This document shows, piece by piece, positions 63,301 to 64,000 of a DNA stretch of 64,000 bases (the first letter of the stretch is position 1; every line of letters starts with the position of its first letter). The stretch is taken from positions 132,246,001 through 132,310,000 of the forward strand of contig OZ024744.1 of the NCBI GenBank assembly GCA_964016885.1. The letters run 5' to 3'. Under the pieces are notes generated by a model. It was not told the DNA's origin. It worked only from the letters and a program-made list of their open reading frames with translations, and ran no database searches. This stretch comes from Eledone cirrhosa (taxonomy: Eukaryota). The translations under genes were made by a program, and so were the position numbers.

Positions 63301-64000
63301 ACGCAATTTGAAAAACTCATATTAATTTTTTTTCGAAAACATTATATAATCAATTTTTTAGAAATATTTATATCTGATTTCAAATATTGATTTTTTTAGG
63401 TTTTTCGAAAACCCTATATAATCAATTTTTTTGTACTTTTAGAAATATCTATATCTGATTTCATGTATTGATTTTTTTATATTTTTCGAAAAAGCTTAGA
63501 TAATCAATTTTTTTAGGTCTTTCGAAAACATTATATAATCAATTTTTTTTTAGGTTTTTCGAAAAAACCTTATATAATCAATTCTTTTTAGGTTTTTTCG
63601 AAAAATCTTATATAATCAATTTTTTTACGTTTTTAGAAAAACCTTATATAATCAATTTTTTTTAGATTTTTCAAAAAACCTTATATAATCAATTTTTTTT
63701 AGGTTTTTCGAAAAACCTTATATAATCAATTTTTTTTGTTTTTTTGAAAAATCTTATATAATCAATTTTTTTACGTTTTTAGAAAAACCTTATATAATCA
63801 ATTTTTTTTAGATTTTTCAAAAAACCTTATATAATCAATTTTTTTTAGGTTTTTCGAAAAACCTTATATAATCAATTTTTTTTGTTTTTTTGAAAAATCT
63901 TATATAATCAATTTTTTTACGTTTTTAGAAATATTTATATCTGATTTCAAATATTGATTTTTTTTAGGTTTTTCGAATTACCTTATATAATCAATTTTTT
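60381..64000 (+). repeat. AT-rich composite satellite block 4 (truncated by window edge, 4 cassettes)
   Basis: Same entry junction. Cassette spacings are about 573, 730 and 731 bp. Confidence 0.96.

Noticed and set aside
1-64000. Assignment to a named satellite family, organism, or definite centromere/telomere
   Set aside because: I do not recognise either consensus with confidence. This needs database searches and chromosomal context.

Overview
The whole 64-kb window is non-coding tandem-repeat DNA, most likely eukaryotic heterochromatin or a chromosome-end region. I found no gene, RNA gene, transposase or CRISPR array. Two satellite families alternate. (1) A G-rich, telomere-like 16-bp satellite, consensus TTAAGTTAAGTTGGGG, at 1-264, ~1655-15552, ~23505-49351 and ~52388-60380. 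(2) An AT-rich composite satellite at 265-~1656, 15553-~23506, 49352-~52389 and 60381-64000, built from ~37-bp units carrying the 18-bp palindrome AGGTTTTTCGAAAAACCT, ~46-bp units and a ~230-bp inverted-repeat-rich cassette (18 copies). All four G-to-AT junctions are the same sequence, so the region is a tandem array of a variable-length macro-unit (15.3, 33.8 and 11.0 kb). The G satellite carries 15 inverted (C-rich) islands of ~180-345 bp with conserved junctions, a five-copy ~3569-bp higher-order repeat and a ~3.94-kb tandem duplication. A private 29-bp-arm fold-back at 22746-22807 breaks at the same motif (CAAATTACC) as two AT-to-G junctions. Coordinates were counted by eye and may be off by a few bases. 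Organism and function cannot be established from the sequence alone.
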